A DNA stretch of 63,358 bases, counting the filler. It is 6 parts of 6 records of this genome, joined end to end, with 100 filler letters (N's around TTAATTAATTAA, not from the genome) between each part and the next. Parts side by side here need not be neighbours in the genome. Positions count along the whole stretch, not along the records: positions 16,532 to 31,699 come from SRR15195285_3014; positions 31,800 to 48,980 come from SRR15195285_3020; 4 more parts are not named here. One strand, given 5' to 3'. Of this stretch, positions 23,437-34,735 are shown one piece after another; positions within the stretch are counted from its first letter, which is position 1; each line of letters starts with the position of its first letter. Position numbers and translations under genes: made by a program. Under the pieces are notes generated by a model that was given only the letters and a program-made list of their open reading frames with translations, was not told the DNA's origin and ran no database searches.

Positions 23437-24933
23437 CCGCGTGGGGCGTGCCCCGTATAGAGCACGCGTAGACTCTACGCTCACGTCAACGAGGCCGGCC
23501 GCTGCGCCTCGCGGACCGGAGTTTGATGCAGACGCCCCCGCAATCCTCACAGTACGTGGCCACCGACTCACAGCCCCGTCACGACGTGCGCTGACTTCTC
23601 CTGACCAGCGCTAGGCAGGAAGTGAGCGCATGCCATGGTGCAGCAGGACTGTACGTACAATATAATATACCACCTCGCGCTGCCTGCACTGCACGCGCCG
23701 GTGTACTAGTAGGAATTCCTACTACTAGGATCCTAGTAACAATCTATAGTATGCAACAACAAACTTCGACCGTGGATTCCACAGTGGATGGAACACCCGG
23801 GCCCGCATTTACTGTTCACTCGCGATCTACCGGATATTGAATACTGTAGTACTACAGTAGTCGAAAACTGCGTTGATGTGCTGTGGACGCGACAGAGCGT
23901 GACAGCCTGACACACGCCTGCACTCCTCGACGACCAACGAACGCATGCGAAATCCCCCGTTCACGTCTGGTCTTCGACTGGACGTACTAGTACTATTGAT
24001 AGTACTGGTACACGGATCATGCACATGAATTTAGGTACCATACTACTGTAGTACTATAAAGTATAATATACTAGACGTCATTTCTTTTGTTGACTGGAGA
24101 TCTACAGTACGGTACTCACTCTGTCGTACTTGTGAAGAATGCTCCTCGCCTCGGTCGCTGCGCTCCCTCGGCTCGGAGCGGTTAATCAATATTCGGGTAG
24201 GTAGCACTATTCTAGAATTCACTCTATCGTCAATATTCGGGTAGGAATTCCTGTAAGTAAAAGACAAATCGATAAGAGCAATAACAATACTCTACCGGCC
24301 CGCCACACTCTTACAATAACTCGAATCACAATTTTACCTTTTCTACTTGTGGTTGGCCCCAGATGCTGTAATATTATACAACCCCTGGTGCCAAAGTCGA
24401 GGAATCAGAACCAGAATCAAAATTACCAAGCCGTATTTTGTACTATAATCAAACAGGTCCAAACACCTGTACACGCAGTTCGTGAGTTCGACAAATATCG
24501 ACCGTGACAATATGATATATCGGTAAACGGACAAAATGTTCAGCAGACGTGAAGGAAATGCTCGGATTGATACTCAAAGAGGCGAGGTGGAAAGTCTCCA
24601 TTCTACGGTGACGGCGTCCCGCCCGCGGCGGGCCTACAGCTGTATAGCTGCACCTCCGGCGTGAGCGAGCGAGCACCCAGCGGCAGCGCAGCGCCCGTTG
24701 CGCGCGACGACGCACGCACGAGCACGCGCGCAGCTCGCAGGGCAGCGCGCAGCGAAGGCTCACCGCCTCGCTTGCAGACTCAGCGGAGGCGCGGGCTGAT
24801 TCGCTCAGCCCAAATGCTTGTCAGCAGCATACGCGAGGTCTGCAAGAGTGCTGCTGCTGACCCCCGCAGGCCAGCCGTCGCTCACAGGACGAGTCTGGTG
24901 CTGATCGCAGAGAGAGTGGCATAGGCCAGCACG

Positions 24934-26163
24934 ATGAAGACACCATTCAGCAAGCGTCAAAGGCGCAAAAAGCTGCACCCATCCAAAACGTTCGTCATCA
25001 GAACTCAGCACCCCTCGCTGGAGGCACGTAAAGAGAATGCTGCGGACGAGGCGCTACGAGATTGCGTGACGGCGCTCGAAACCCAAGGCGATTGGTGGCA
25101 CCCGACTGGAAGAAGTTGGCGGAGTCCTCTGAAGATTCTTCTCGGCGTGTGCCATCCTGCGTATCGGAACACGCACGCGTATCTGCAGCCGGAAAAGCAG
25201 GAACACATTGTAGACATGATTGAGAGCTACCTCTCGATGCTAGCCCTGTTCAATTCGCTGGTTGGCGTGGCAGCCATTGAGATGTCGATGCATCCCGTTG
25301 ATCTCTCTGTGAGAATGTCGCAGAATGGCACAGAAATGCTACTGCTGAGCATATCGCGCTGCGGCTGGTTTGCCTTGGGACCTATCTGCTTGACGTCTGT
25401 TGCCGCTGGGATACACGTGTTGTGGTCCATTCAGGCCGTCCCAGTATCTCAGCGACGGAAACATCTTTTGAATAATGAGCTCTACTACTCGATGCCGTAC
25501 TCGATCGCCCCTCTCACGTTTCTGCTCCTCCACGTTAGCATCTTTAGCGGTTGCTTGGCTTCTGTGTTGCGATCTCAGAGCAATTGGTTGAAAATCGCGG
25601 AGATATGCGGCATGGTTATTGGGTTCATCCCTGTGTTTCCGTTGGTGTATGCCAGTGGAGCAATGATACAAGACGCGTTTCGACCGTGGATGATAGGAGC
25701 TAAAAAGCAAGGGCACGATGGGACAAGGGAGGGCGGGGAACGACAATCATCACTGAGCGATCTCAGTCATGAAATGACCGACACCCGTAACAACAATTCG
25801 AAGGGAGGGCCTAGTGGGGAGCACAATGATGCGGCCCCTAGTTGCGAAGAGCTTCGCTCTAACCTGCAATGTCTAGGGCTAGAGTTTTGCCAGGACCTAA
25901 TCTTACTAGAAGGGTTGACTTGGGTCATGATGCGGGACATCATCAAGACGACTAGCTCGTATCTATTGGTGGATCGCATGCTAGAGAGTGCCGGAATTGC
26001 GAAGGCAGGGCACCGAGCAGCCATCATACTTATGCTGCACGAGGACATCCAGAAAACGAAAGATAAGGAAGACTTGGGCACCGACGACTTACGCGCCAGA
26101 TTGAATGGTGATGATTTAGATTTGGATGCTCTAGATGCTGAGCTAGCAATAAATGTCAGTTGA
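24934..26163 (+). CDS. Hypothetical multi-pass membrane protein with a C-terminal SAM-like domain
   Basis: 409-aa ATG-initiated ORF with about 4 hydrophobic segments; the C-terminus LQCLGL....LILLEGL...MLESAGIAKAGHRAAII matches the SAM pattern. Confidence 0.6.
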   Translation: MKTPFSKRQRRKKLHPSKTFVIRTQHPSLEARKENAADEALRDCVTALETQGDWWHPTGRSWRSPLKILLGVCHPAYRNTHAYLQPEKQEHIVDMIESYLSMLALFNSLVGVAAIEMSMHPVDLSVRMSQNGTEMLLLSISRCGWFALGPICLTSVAAGIHVLWSIQAVPVSQRRKHLLNNELYYSMPYSIAPLTFLLLHVSIFSGCLASVLRSQSNWLKIAEICGMVIGFIPVFPLVYASGAMIQDAFRPWMIGAKKQGHDGTREGGERQSSLSDLSHEMTDTRNNNSKGGPSGEHNDAAPSCEELRSNLQCLGLEFCQDLILLEGLTWVMMRDIIKTTSSYLLVDRMLESAGIAKAGHRAAIILMLHEDIQKTKDKEDLGTDDLRARLNGDDLDLDALDAELAINVS

Positions 26164-26295
26164 TAATTACTATATGCCACCATTGGTCGCGAATGCGCAA
26201 CATTTACGCAGATTGTGCAACCAATGCTATAGATCCATTTGGTTGTTAGGAGCATTGACGAACGTAGGAAGTTAAGGTTGCAGTTAATGATGAAA

Positions 26296-26547
26296 GTTGT
26301 AGGAGCTCCTACAACCCCTCATGAAGACATTCACGACAGCTGATATAGGGCATAAGGCCGCCTTATGCCCTACTAGTACATCAAGGTGCGTACCGAATAG
26401 CGACACTTGTGAGAGGATTGAATGGAAATGAATTTATATGGAAAGCACGATTGCTCTCGACCGAATTGCCGCACGATGACTCAATCAGGTGGTGGTGGTG
26501 GCGGTGGGGAGTCGAGAGTGGATCGAGCCACTCTCGACCCCCTTTTT
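26296..26547. repeat. Cluster of three palindromes/hairpins between convergent genes
   Basis: GTTGTAGGAGCTCCTACAAC (26296-26315, perfect 20 bp); TAGGGCATAAGGC-C-GCCTTATGCCCTA (26346-26372); GTCGAGAGTGG-ATCGAG-CCACTCTCGAC (26511-26538), followed shortly by TTTTT. Confidence 0.9.
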
Positions 26548-26717
26548 ACTCGCGACCCCCTTGGCTCTACACTTAAAACGGATGCAACGAATACTTAGGA
26601 TACGAAAGTGCTTTCATCAACACCACGGGTGCGTTTTCCAACGTATTCAAAACTAGTAACATGGGCGCTGCTCGACTTCTTGCTTCAGCGCGCCAAGATG
26701 GCGCAGCGGCTGAAGGT

Positions 26718-29700
26718 TTAACGATGAGAACGTCTGTAGGTGACCAGATACTCCGGATATGCACGCCCTGTTGGCAAGACAGAGCAATGGTTGCAGTACG
26801 GTCAACTATCCACTCGCAAACACGACATATCACCCGATGGATATGGCTCTAGATGTAGAAGCATCTCGTTGGCTGCAGTGTTCGCACAAGGCCTCTTGAC
26901 ACGTACCATTCTCGTAGACAACATACACTTTAGATCCATTCGTGGTGCCCGTGACCGTGTCGTACCTTCGTCCGTTTTCGCCAGCAACAGTTGGTGGGAA
27001 GCGCAGCTCACTGTCAGGCTTGAGCTCGACCGCATCACCAACCAGCAGCTTGGTAAGCATAAAACACTGCTCACCTGTTTGTTAAAAAACATTCGGTTCA
27101 GACTCAGGCCCAGAATGACGCAGATTCATTCCCGAAGTCATGGGAGCAAGTGAACAAGGACGACTGCTGCGCTGCAAATGGAATAATCTCTGTCTGGAAC
27201 GAAACAACTAGCACGTACCGTTGGAGCGTTTGTAACTGTAGTCATGGGAGTAGGAAGCGTTCTCTGCAAAGTAAAGTGCGACTCCCCACATACCTGACTT
27301 ACAATACTGCATCATGAAACCGTCTTGGACATCTTTGTATATCATCGCTGGGTCTGTGCCCCCGGAGCTTCTGTCACGTGGATTTCCAGTGCCATGCCAG
27401 ACAGAGGCCTCCAAAGGCATGCGCTTGTTGACCTTTGTCATTCGCTCTCTCCGCAGGCAGTAGTAGTCCCACAGGGCTAAATTCTGGATGCGCTGCAAAC
27501 GCACGACGTGCGTCACTTGCTTGGACTTCATCGTATCCAAAAAGCGGTCCGCGACCTGCTTGAACTCAACTGAAGCTCGATTCACAGAAACAAGCACGCA
27601 GTTGTTTGCCTGCGGCAATCCTGTCCAACTATCAGGAGGAGCAAACTCGGACACTCTGTGTTCGGTGCGCCGCATATTGCGTGTTATTTTAGTTGCTTTG
27701 TTGACCTGCTTCGGTGCAGACCGATCACGTAGGACAGCGATGTAGTCGTGGCCACGACTTTGGAAAGAGCAACCAGCAAATTTTGACTGATACGCCTGTT
27801 CAAGAACAGTAATTATCGAGTCATCGTCATACGCAATCCACTTGCCATCGACATCGCACTCCCATGTTACTACGCTACTGTGTGGACCACCTGAGTTTAC
27901 GGCTAGCTCGGACGGTCTGGTCTGCAACTTAAATAGCTTCTTAGAGACATCCATAGAAAGGTGCTTAAACACCATCACCTCGTCGTATGCCACTCTACCA
28001 TTGCAACGGGGGCAGAGGATCGACAGGCAGCCAAGCTGTAAGATCTCGTCATCTTGCAGAGTCTGTTCGACGTGTCGACTGAAGCACTCGTTGCAAAGAA
28101 AATGTGCCTCGCGTGGCAAGGCTCTCACCGACCTACATTCGATACCTTCTGCGAGACCAAATACGCCCGCGCAGTTCTCACAACGCCGCGTGAGAAAAGC
28201 ATCCAAGGGTCGTGGGAGAGCTGTGTCCATTGCTGTGCCAGACCATCTGAATCCTCGGACGCTATGAGTCCTAGCAGGCTGGATTCGGTTTAAATTCTCC
28301 GGCCCGAGCGCCACCTCTCCAGCAAACGCTTCGTTTATCCAGTATCGTTTATCCAGATGAACACGGATGCGTACGCTGCCGTCATCAGCGACAGACGATC
28401 CAACGACTATCCCAGTTGCGCCACGGTATACATGTCCTTGTTTTGTGTTCACCTTAACCTTATCCAGCAGCTGGAACAGGTCACTGCAACCTATCAAGCG
28501 CCTTGGACACTGCAAGAAAAAGCTCTTTTGTACGGACGAAAGGACGGGTGTGAAGGACTCAGTGCTGCCGTCGTCATCCCAGACAACTTCTAGTGGCTCG
28601 GCGCAATCTCCGATCGATGTGATCTCCAGTGCGTTGGTGGGCTCAGCTTGTTGTCCTGTTCTCAGGCCAGTTGCTCGTCCCCATCTACCGACCGGCACAT
28701 AATCATCTGGTCCAGGTATTGCCGAAACAAGCATGCCAGGTTGCGTCACCACGATGTGGCTGAATGTTGTCAAGTCAACCCAACCGTCTACTCGCACGAC
28801 TTTGGTGCCATGTCCATCCTCACCTTGCCCAATGCTTTCAGTCTTGCTCGAATCAGCCAGAAGAGTCCGCAGCTGCAAGGCCACGTACTGCTCGGACAGC
28901 GCACGCGAATCGTGCTCCGAATATTCTATCCACCCGTCTGATCCTCCTCGCTCCCACTTGAGCCTGTCCTGAGCGGCCGCTTCTAGGTGTTTCATCTTTG
29001 CGCGGCTCTCAGCTGCTGCTTGCGCAGCATTCCTAGCAATGCGACGCTCGCGTGCTTCGTTCTCTGCGTTTGTTTTGGTGGCGTTCTCCTCCTGCGCCAG
29101 TGCCAGAGCTGTTGCTTTGGCGGCATCTTGCTGATGTTGCGCTTCGCGTGCCTCGTTCTCTGCCTTTGCCAACTTGTGCTGAGCTGCAAGAGCCTTCTGA
29201 CGCGAAGCTTCTGCTGCCTCACTCTGCTGTGTGGCCAGAAGACGCAGCGTGGCTGCTTCGTCTGCTGCCACGGCAGCCTTTTGCATCGCAACTTGCTTGC
29301 GATCGTGTAAATTCATACGCAACTGCTCGAGATGCTCTTGTTCATGCAGCAGTCGTTGGCGCTCAGCCTGTGTTGCAGCTTTCGTATCTGCAAGCGCAGC
29401 TTGCGCCGCCTGCTCCGCCTGCAACTTGGCCTCCGCCTCTACACGTTCTTGTTCCGCAATCTCTTGCTCGTGCTGGGCGGCTTGTGCTCTCTGGAGTGCA
29501 GCTTCCATCTCAGCATGCTGGTGCTCTGCTGCAGCACGTTGTAGCTCTGCCTCTACTGTTGCAGCTTCAGCCGCCTGCCGCGCAACTTCTTGACGACGTG
29601 TGTTTGTGAGCGCCATTTGAGCCAAGTGCTTTCCCTCTGCTGATATCCTCAGTGCCGCCATCTGTCTGGCCTGTTCCTTTTCTTCAATCGCAGCCTTAGC

Positions 29701-31699
29701 ATCTCGCTCTATTTGCAGCCTTGCCTCTGCTTCTAACCGCTCCTGCTCTGCCTTGTCTCGCTCGTGTTGTGCAGCTTGAGCTTTATGGAACGCAGCTTCT
29801 CTCTTTGCACGTTGCTCCTGTGCCATCGCATGTTGAGCCTCGGCCGCAGCGGCTGCAATCTCAGCCTCCCGTTGCGCGTGCTTTGTTTGTTCATCGGCAG
29901 CAGCTGCTTTCAGCTCTGATAACTTGTGTTCATCAGCTAGATGTTGCAGCTTCATTGTGGCAAGCTGCTCTTGCAACGCATGCAACTCCAGCTTTTCATG
30001 CGCATCCTCCTGCTCTGCCTTGATCGATGCTTGCTCCTCTCGCAGACGCTTCTGCTCACGTCTCCTCTCCATCTCTCCTGGCGCGTGCCGGTAGCAACTG
30101 TCGCACACGCGTTTAGTGACTGGTGGTTCCTGCTCTCGGAGCTTATCCACAGGTGTCATCGGACCCCGGCCATGAACAGGCACCCAACGGTTGAGTTCCA
30201 TAGTCTTGCTTGAACAATTGTGACAGACAATCCACCCACAGTACCGACAAGTGTGTTGCCAGGTTCCGAAGATGAGCCCGAACTGGCGTTCGCATTGCAT
30301 GCAGGCCTCGACTTCTGCAGAGTTGATAAACCTGGGATGTTCGCGTGCGCGCAGACATTCCACCTCCTTCAAAGTTCCGAAGGTTTCTCGCAACTGTGAG
30401 TGCGTGTCACTAACGGTGCCAGCGGAGCTCGCTGTGTGTGGAGACTGCTCTGGTTCCTCTGGATCGATTCGTGCTGTAGCAGTTGAACGCTCATCCGCAC
30501 CATCGATGATGGGGCTTCTCGCACTGTACTTTTCCTGGATCCGTGAGAGAAGGTCTTCCTCGTTGCCGCGCCACTCCGTTAATAGCTGGTCAACATCACG
30601 GAGCTTCCGCGGACTGTGCAGCGCATATATGCGGGTGATTTCCTGGCGAATAGTGTCAAGTGGTGCCTCTCGGCCCCGAAGCTCGTGCAGCTCGTGACAT
30701 GCATGGAGCTCAGCGAATCGGTGGAAGTCGACCGTTCCTGATGCGGTACACTGCTCCAGTATACTGGCATCACCCGGCTGTTGCACGACGAGATCCAGCT
30801 CTAGCATCTTCAGTACAGCATCGAAGATACCCCTTTCCACTAAGCCCGATGACGGGTGTTCTTCATATTCCTGACAAGCTGCAACAACCATAGGCAGCAT
30901 TGTGATCATTTGTAGATTTGTCGATGCTGCTGATCGAAGACTAGGACGAGGACTGGCGAGGAAGTCAGATGCAACAGTGTTGCACAGCTCCGCCACCAGA
31001 TCCAATAGCACCTGCTGCTCCTCCGACTGGAACGCAATCAGATGAACCTCTCGCAGTCCCTCGAACGCACTATCGCGCACAACTTCCACGCCGATACGCA
31101 AGACATGTTCCAGCGTACGCATTCCACGGAAACTCCCAGCTGAAAGCAGGGAGAACCCCAGGTACTGTATACCAGCCCCGGCCGCCACAGACATCGCTGA
31201 GCGGTAGGCATCGCACAGCAGGCTGTCGCCATCCTCAGGCGTTTGGTCCGGCCGTAGGCGTCGGTAGTTTGGCCCAACAGTGTGGACGACGTTCCCCGCA
31301 TGTAGCCGTCCGAAGCGCCCGGGGCCGGTCAGCACAGAGCCCCCGGTCTGGATTCGCTCTGCACAACCACGCAAGCCACTGTGTGCGAGCACCGGCAGCG
31401 CAAGGCGAGCTGCGGCGAGCTCTGGGCCACCCGCCTGGGTGATCGCGCCATCCACGCCGCCACCACCTAATCCGCCGCAGTTCGCGGCATTGACGATGCC
31501 AATGCAATCGCGCGGCCAGTCGGTGCGGTCGCCAAAGTCGAGCACGCTCCCCGCGGAGACGACGAGCTCGCCTGCACCGTGCGCGAGCGCTGCCCGGCGC
31601 AATTCACGCACGCCAGCCGCCTCGGGAACCGCAGGTTGCACCGCGGGCTGCACCTCACGCCAGAGCAGTTCCGGCTCCGGCTCCAACTCCGGCTCCGGC
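26718..31699 (-). CDS. Macrodomain-FYVE-like-coiled coil-WWE-RING-WWE-PARP (mono-ADP-ribosyltransferase type) protein; 5'-partial; exons 31699-27219, 27074-26907, 26767-26718
   Basis: Macro: IVNAAN..GLGGGGVDGAI, VVHTVGPNY. FYVE-like CxxC...HTCRYCGWIVCHNCS. WWE-like KWERGGSDGWIEY and TWECDVDGKWIAYD. RING-like C..C...C...H..C..C...CP.C. PARP: VWHGT, MWGVALYFA. Two GTACGT...CAG introns restore YDTVTG...KVYVVYENGRAYPEYLVTY. Confidence 0.88.
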
Positions 31700-31799
31700 N
31701 NNNNNNNNNNNNNNNNNNNNNNNNNNNNNNNNNNNNNNNNNNNTTAATTAATTAANNNNNNNNNNNNNNNNNNNNNNNNNNNNNNNNNNNNNNNNNNNN
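31700..31799. other. Artificial contig-joining spacer
   Basis: N44-TTAATTAATTAA-N44. Confidence 0.99.
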
Positions 31800-32255
31800 A
31801 TACCCCTGTTTGTAAGTGTGCTTGAATACACGCGATGCATGCGCACGGCGCGCGGCGCGCGCCGGCGCGGCGGCGGCGTTGCGCGCGCGCGATCGCGCGC
31901 GATGCCGCGCTGTACGCTGCCAGCACTGCCGGGTGCCAGTCGCGTGACCTAGCGAAGCGCAGCGCGAGCGACGAGATCGAGCGTGGCGAGCATGATTTGA
32001 TGAGTCAATGATTCCAAGATGGTCCTCGATCCCGCTCCGCCCGCTGCCCCGCCGCCGCCCGGCCGGATACGGACGCGACACGATCAATGATGATATATGC
32101 ACGTGTCGAGGTCTCGAGCTGCAGCTGTTGGGTGAGGCCAAGTCTTCGGTTTGCAAGATCCCTTGTGCGATGTGAGTCACGTCTGGTACACTCACTATGA
32201 CGAAAGCTGCACCTGGGTGGGCACATCAGCAGTGCACAACTTGAGCTCGATAGAT

Positions 32256-34619
32256 ATGACGGAGCTGGGCGTCTCCGCCACCATCCGGCTGCCGAGTTTC
32301 GACTTCAACGAGGACGAGCGACCATCGCGGGGCGGGGCGGCGGCTGACTCGGCATGGGCGAGCAGCTGCAGTGCGGGCGCCGGCGTGGTCGTCGTCGCTG
32401 GTGCTGCCACGCAGCTCGGCTTGCATTTCATTCGGCTGCTCATTGAGAGCAGGGATTTTGGGAGCATCCTCGTGCGTGGCCTCGTGCCGTCAACCCCGAC
32501 CGCAGACAGTGCCATGCCCGATGAACAGCTGCGGAAGGCGCGACGCGCGCTGGATCGATTCTGCGGCGAGGACACCGCGCGACGGGTCGATCTCGTTTCT
32601 GTGCCGTATTTCTCACACGGGTATGCATCCGTGGCAGTAGATAGTACGGTCGGCTCGTCGCTGGATCCGCGGCTGGGAATTAGACCAGGGACGTTGCTGC
32701 AGTCGCAGTGCTTGCAGCGCGCAGCACTGCGGAAGGCAATGACAGGGTGTCTCTACGTAATCTCCTGCTGGGGCAGCGAGCTTCAGCCTGTGTTTCGCAG
32801 CAACGGTGGGGAGCTGGGCGACGGTGACGGTGCTCGAGGCGTCGCAGATGTCGTTGGGGCAGAGTACGGCAGCATCGCGAGCTTGCTCAGTGAGGCCGCA
32901 CGGCAGTCGGCGGTGCATTTCGTGCACGTCTCGGCGATCCTCGGACAGAGTTTCGATTCTGGAAGTGAGCAGCGGGGCGGGATTCGCCGCTGGTGGTCTT
33001 CCTGGTCCCTGTCTGCGCTGTTGTACCGATCGACCAATGAGCAGGCGCTGCTGTGGAAAGAGCGAGCGGAACACTTAGTGCGCCGTGCGGGAGCGCCCGA
33101 GAGCTGTGGGGGGTGTGGCTTGCCATACACAATCATTCGGCTGGCGCCACTGACCCCCAGGATGCGCACTAAGCGCATTGGTTCTGCACTTTTATACAGT
33201 GATGCAATCGCAGTCGGTTCGTCTGCTACGGCAGAGGTGACAATATCTCAGATTGCGGGAAGTACCGCTTGCCGTCGACGCACAGCGATCGGACGCTCTG
33301 CCGACCTAGAACAGCTGCACTGGGGTCCAATCTGGGAGCCACGCCGGCCGCGTCCTGTTTTCGCAGAAGGTGGTGAAGCTATGCTGACAGATCCTGGCTT
33401 GGAGACGAGCGCCAGTGCTGCACTCAAGCTCGACCCTGTTGACGCTGCGCGGGTAGTTCTCTTCTGCATGGGGAACTCGGCTACACTTGGCACGTCGTTT
33501 GAAGTATGTGGTCGTGAAATTGACAACGACGCAGGGTCCGGCAGTTCTATCGATGCAAGAAGTGAAAGCCGGTCGGCAGCTGTCGTGCTTCCCGACCTGC
33601 TTGCCCCGCTGCTGCCTGACGACGAACTGCAGCTGCCAAATAGTGACGACGAGGCGTTCCTTTTATCATCCTCATCCTCACAGCGCACACCGATGTCAAT
33701 GTGGGGGGACACATCTCAAACGTCAAACGATCAAGCAGTGAGCAGCTGCGCAGTGACCGTAGTGCGCGTGGCCCCATGGTCGCGTGTCATTGCCGCAGAG
33801 AAGATTGCACTGATCGACGACAGCAACAACGCGCGTATACCACACCCTTTGGCACGCGACAACGAATGGGAACCGTTTGTCTGCTACACTGTCATGATGC
33901 AACTGGTGTTACCGCTGGTGCAGGCTCAGACGGGTACATCGGCTGTAGATACCCGTGGCCATGTGCCACATTTTCCGGCGGTGACTGCTGATGCATCTGC
34001 CGGCGCTTCTACCAGTGTCGAATGCAAGCCAAGCGGAGAGCTACAGGACTGGTTGGTCTGCTTTCGGTTCACAGATTTTGTGCGGCTGCAAGAGGCACTC
34101 GAAAGGAATATATCGGACCGTCAGCAGCAGCAAGATGCGTGCACGCACCAGCTGCAGCAGGAGCAGCAGCATGTGACGCACTTTTTCATGGATGAGCAGC
34201 AAGAATGGGAGCACGGGACGGCAGCATCGATCAGGGGCTCACCTTTGCGCGGAGAGGCTGCAGCTGCAGCTTCATGTACTGAGTCTCACACTGCTGAGAT
34301 TTTGAAAGGTGATCGAAAGCTCGTGACGGGACTCCGCGCCCTACTTCCTCCATCAAGATGGTTTAAGACCGAGGATGCTGTAGTGCTCGAGCGGAGGGCA
34401 GCACTGCAAGCATATCTAGACTTGGCCCTGCAAGCTAAGGTCTCGGATAGAATCACGGAACCTGTCTGTTTTTCGACCAGCGTCGGTGCTGCTGTTTCTC
34501 ACGTCGCTGCTAGTCCTGGTGATGCTGATGTGCATTGCTCTGGAGACCTAGTTCAGAGATGGGTGAGTACTGCATTTGCTAGATGTGCAAGCGTGAGGGC
34601 AAGTTCAGCCGATACATAG
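32256..34619 (+). CDS. Atypical SDR/NAD(P)-binding Rossmann-like domain fused to a C-terminal PX domain; 3' exon structure uncertain
   Basis: Rossmann-like: VVVAGAATQLG, VRGLV, HFVHVSA, WKERAEHLVR...GLPYTIIR, DAARV, GTSFEV. PX-like: YTV...WLVCFRFTDFVRLQEAL...LPPSRWF...LERRAALQAYL. The first in-frame ATG is at 32256. Donor-like sites near 34440 and 34563 suggest further splicing. Confidence 0.65.
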   Translation: MTELGVSATIRLPSFDFNEDERPSRGGAAADSAWASSCSAGAGVVVVAGAATQLGLHFIRLLIESRDFGSILVRGLVPSTPTADSAMPDEQLRKARRALDRFCGEDTARRVDLVSVPYFSHGYASVAVDSTVGSSLDPRLGIRPGTLLQSQCLQRAALRKAMTGCLYVISCWGSELQPVFRSNGGELGDGDGARGVADVVGAEYGSIASLLSEAARQSAVHFVHVSAILGQSFDSGSEQRGGIRRWWSSWSLSALLYRSTNEQALLWKERAEHLVRRAGAPESCGGCGLPYTIIRLAPLTPRMRTKRIGSALLYSDAIAVGSSATAEVTISQIAGSTACRRRTAIGRSADLEQLHWGPIWEPRRPRPVFAEGGEAMLTDPGLETSASAALKLDPVDAARVVLFCMGNSATLGTSFEVCGREIDNDAGSGSSIDARSESRSAAVVLPDLLAPLLPDDELQLPNSDDEAFLLSSSSSQRTPMSMWGDTSQTSNDQAVSSCAVTVVRVAPWSRVIAAEKIALIDDSNNARIPHPLARDNEWEPFVCYTVMMQLVLPLVQAQTGTSAVDTRGHVPHFPAVTADASAGASTSVECKPSGELQDWLVCFRFTDFVRLQEALERNISDRQQQQDACTHQLQQEQQHVTHFFMDEQQEWEHGTAASIRGSPLRGEAAAAASCTESHTAEILKGDRKLVTGLRALLPPSRWFKTEDAVVLERRAALQAYLDLALQAKVSDRITEPVCFSTSVGAAVSHVAASPGDADVHCSGDLVQRWVSTAFARCASVRASSADT

Positions 34620-34735
34620 GGGGGCTCGCAGTACCAGCCGTGGTACTTGAAATGGGTCTGTAATTCTCACGCAGAGACTGCTCACTCGCCGCGTGTCGGT
34701 CCATTCCATGTACACGATCTAGAAGCTTGCTCGAC

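Noticed and set aside
26511-26547. Hairpin plus T-run as a bacterial rho-independent terminator
   Set aside because: The flanking PARP gene has spliceosomal introns, so the context is eukaryotic; kept only as a hairpin of unknown role.
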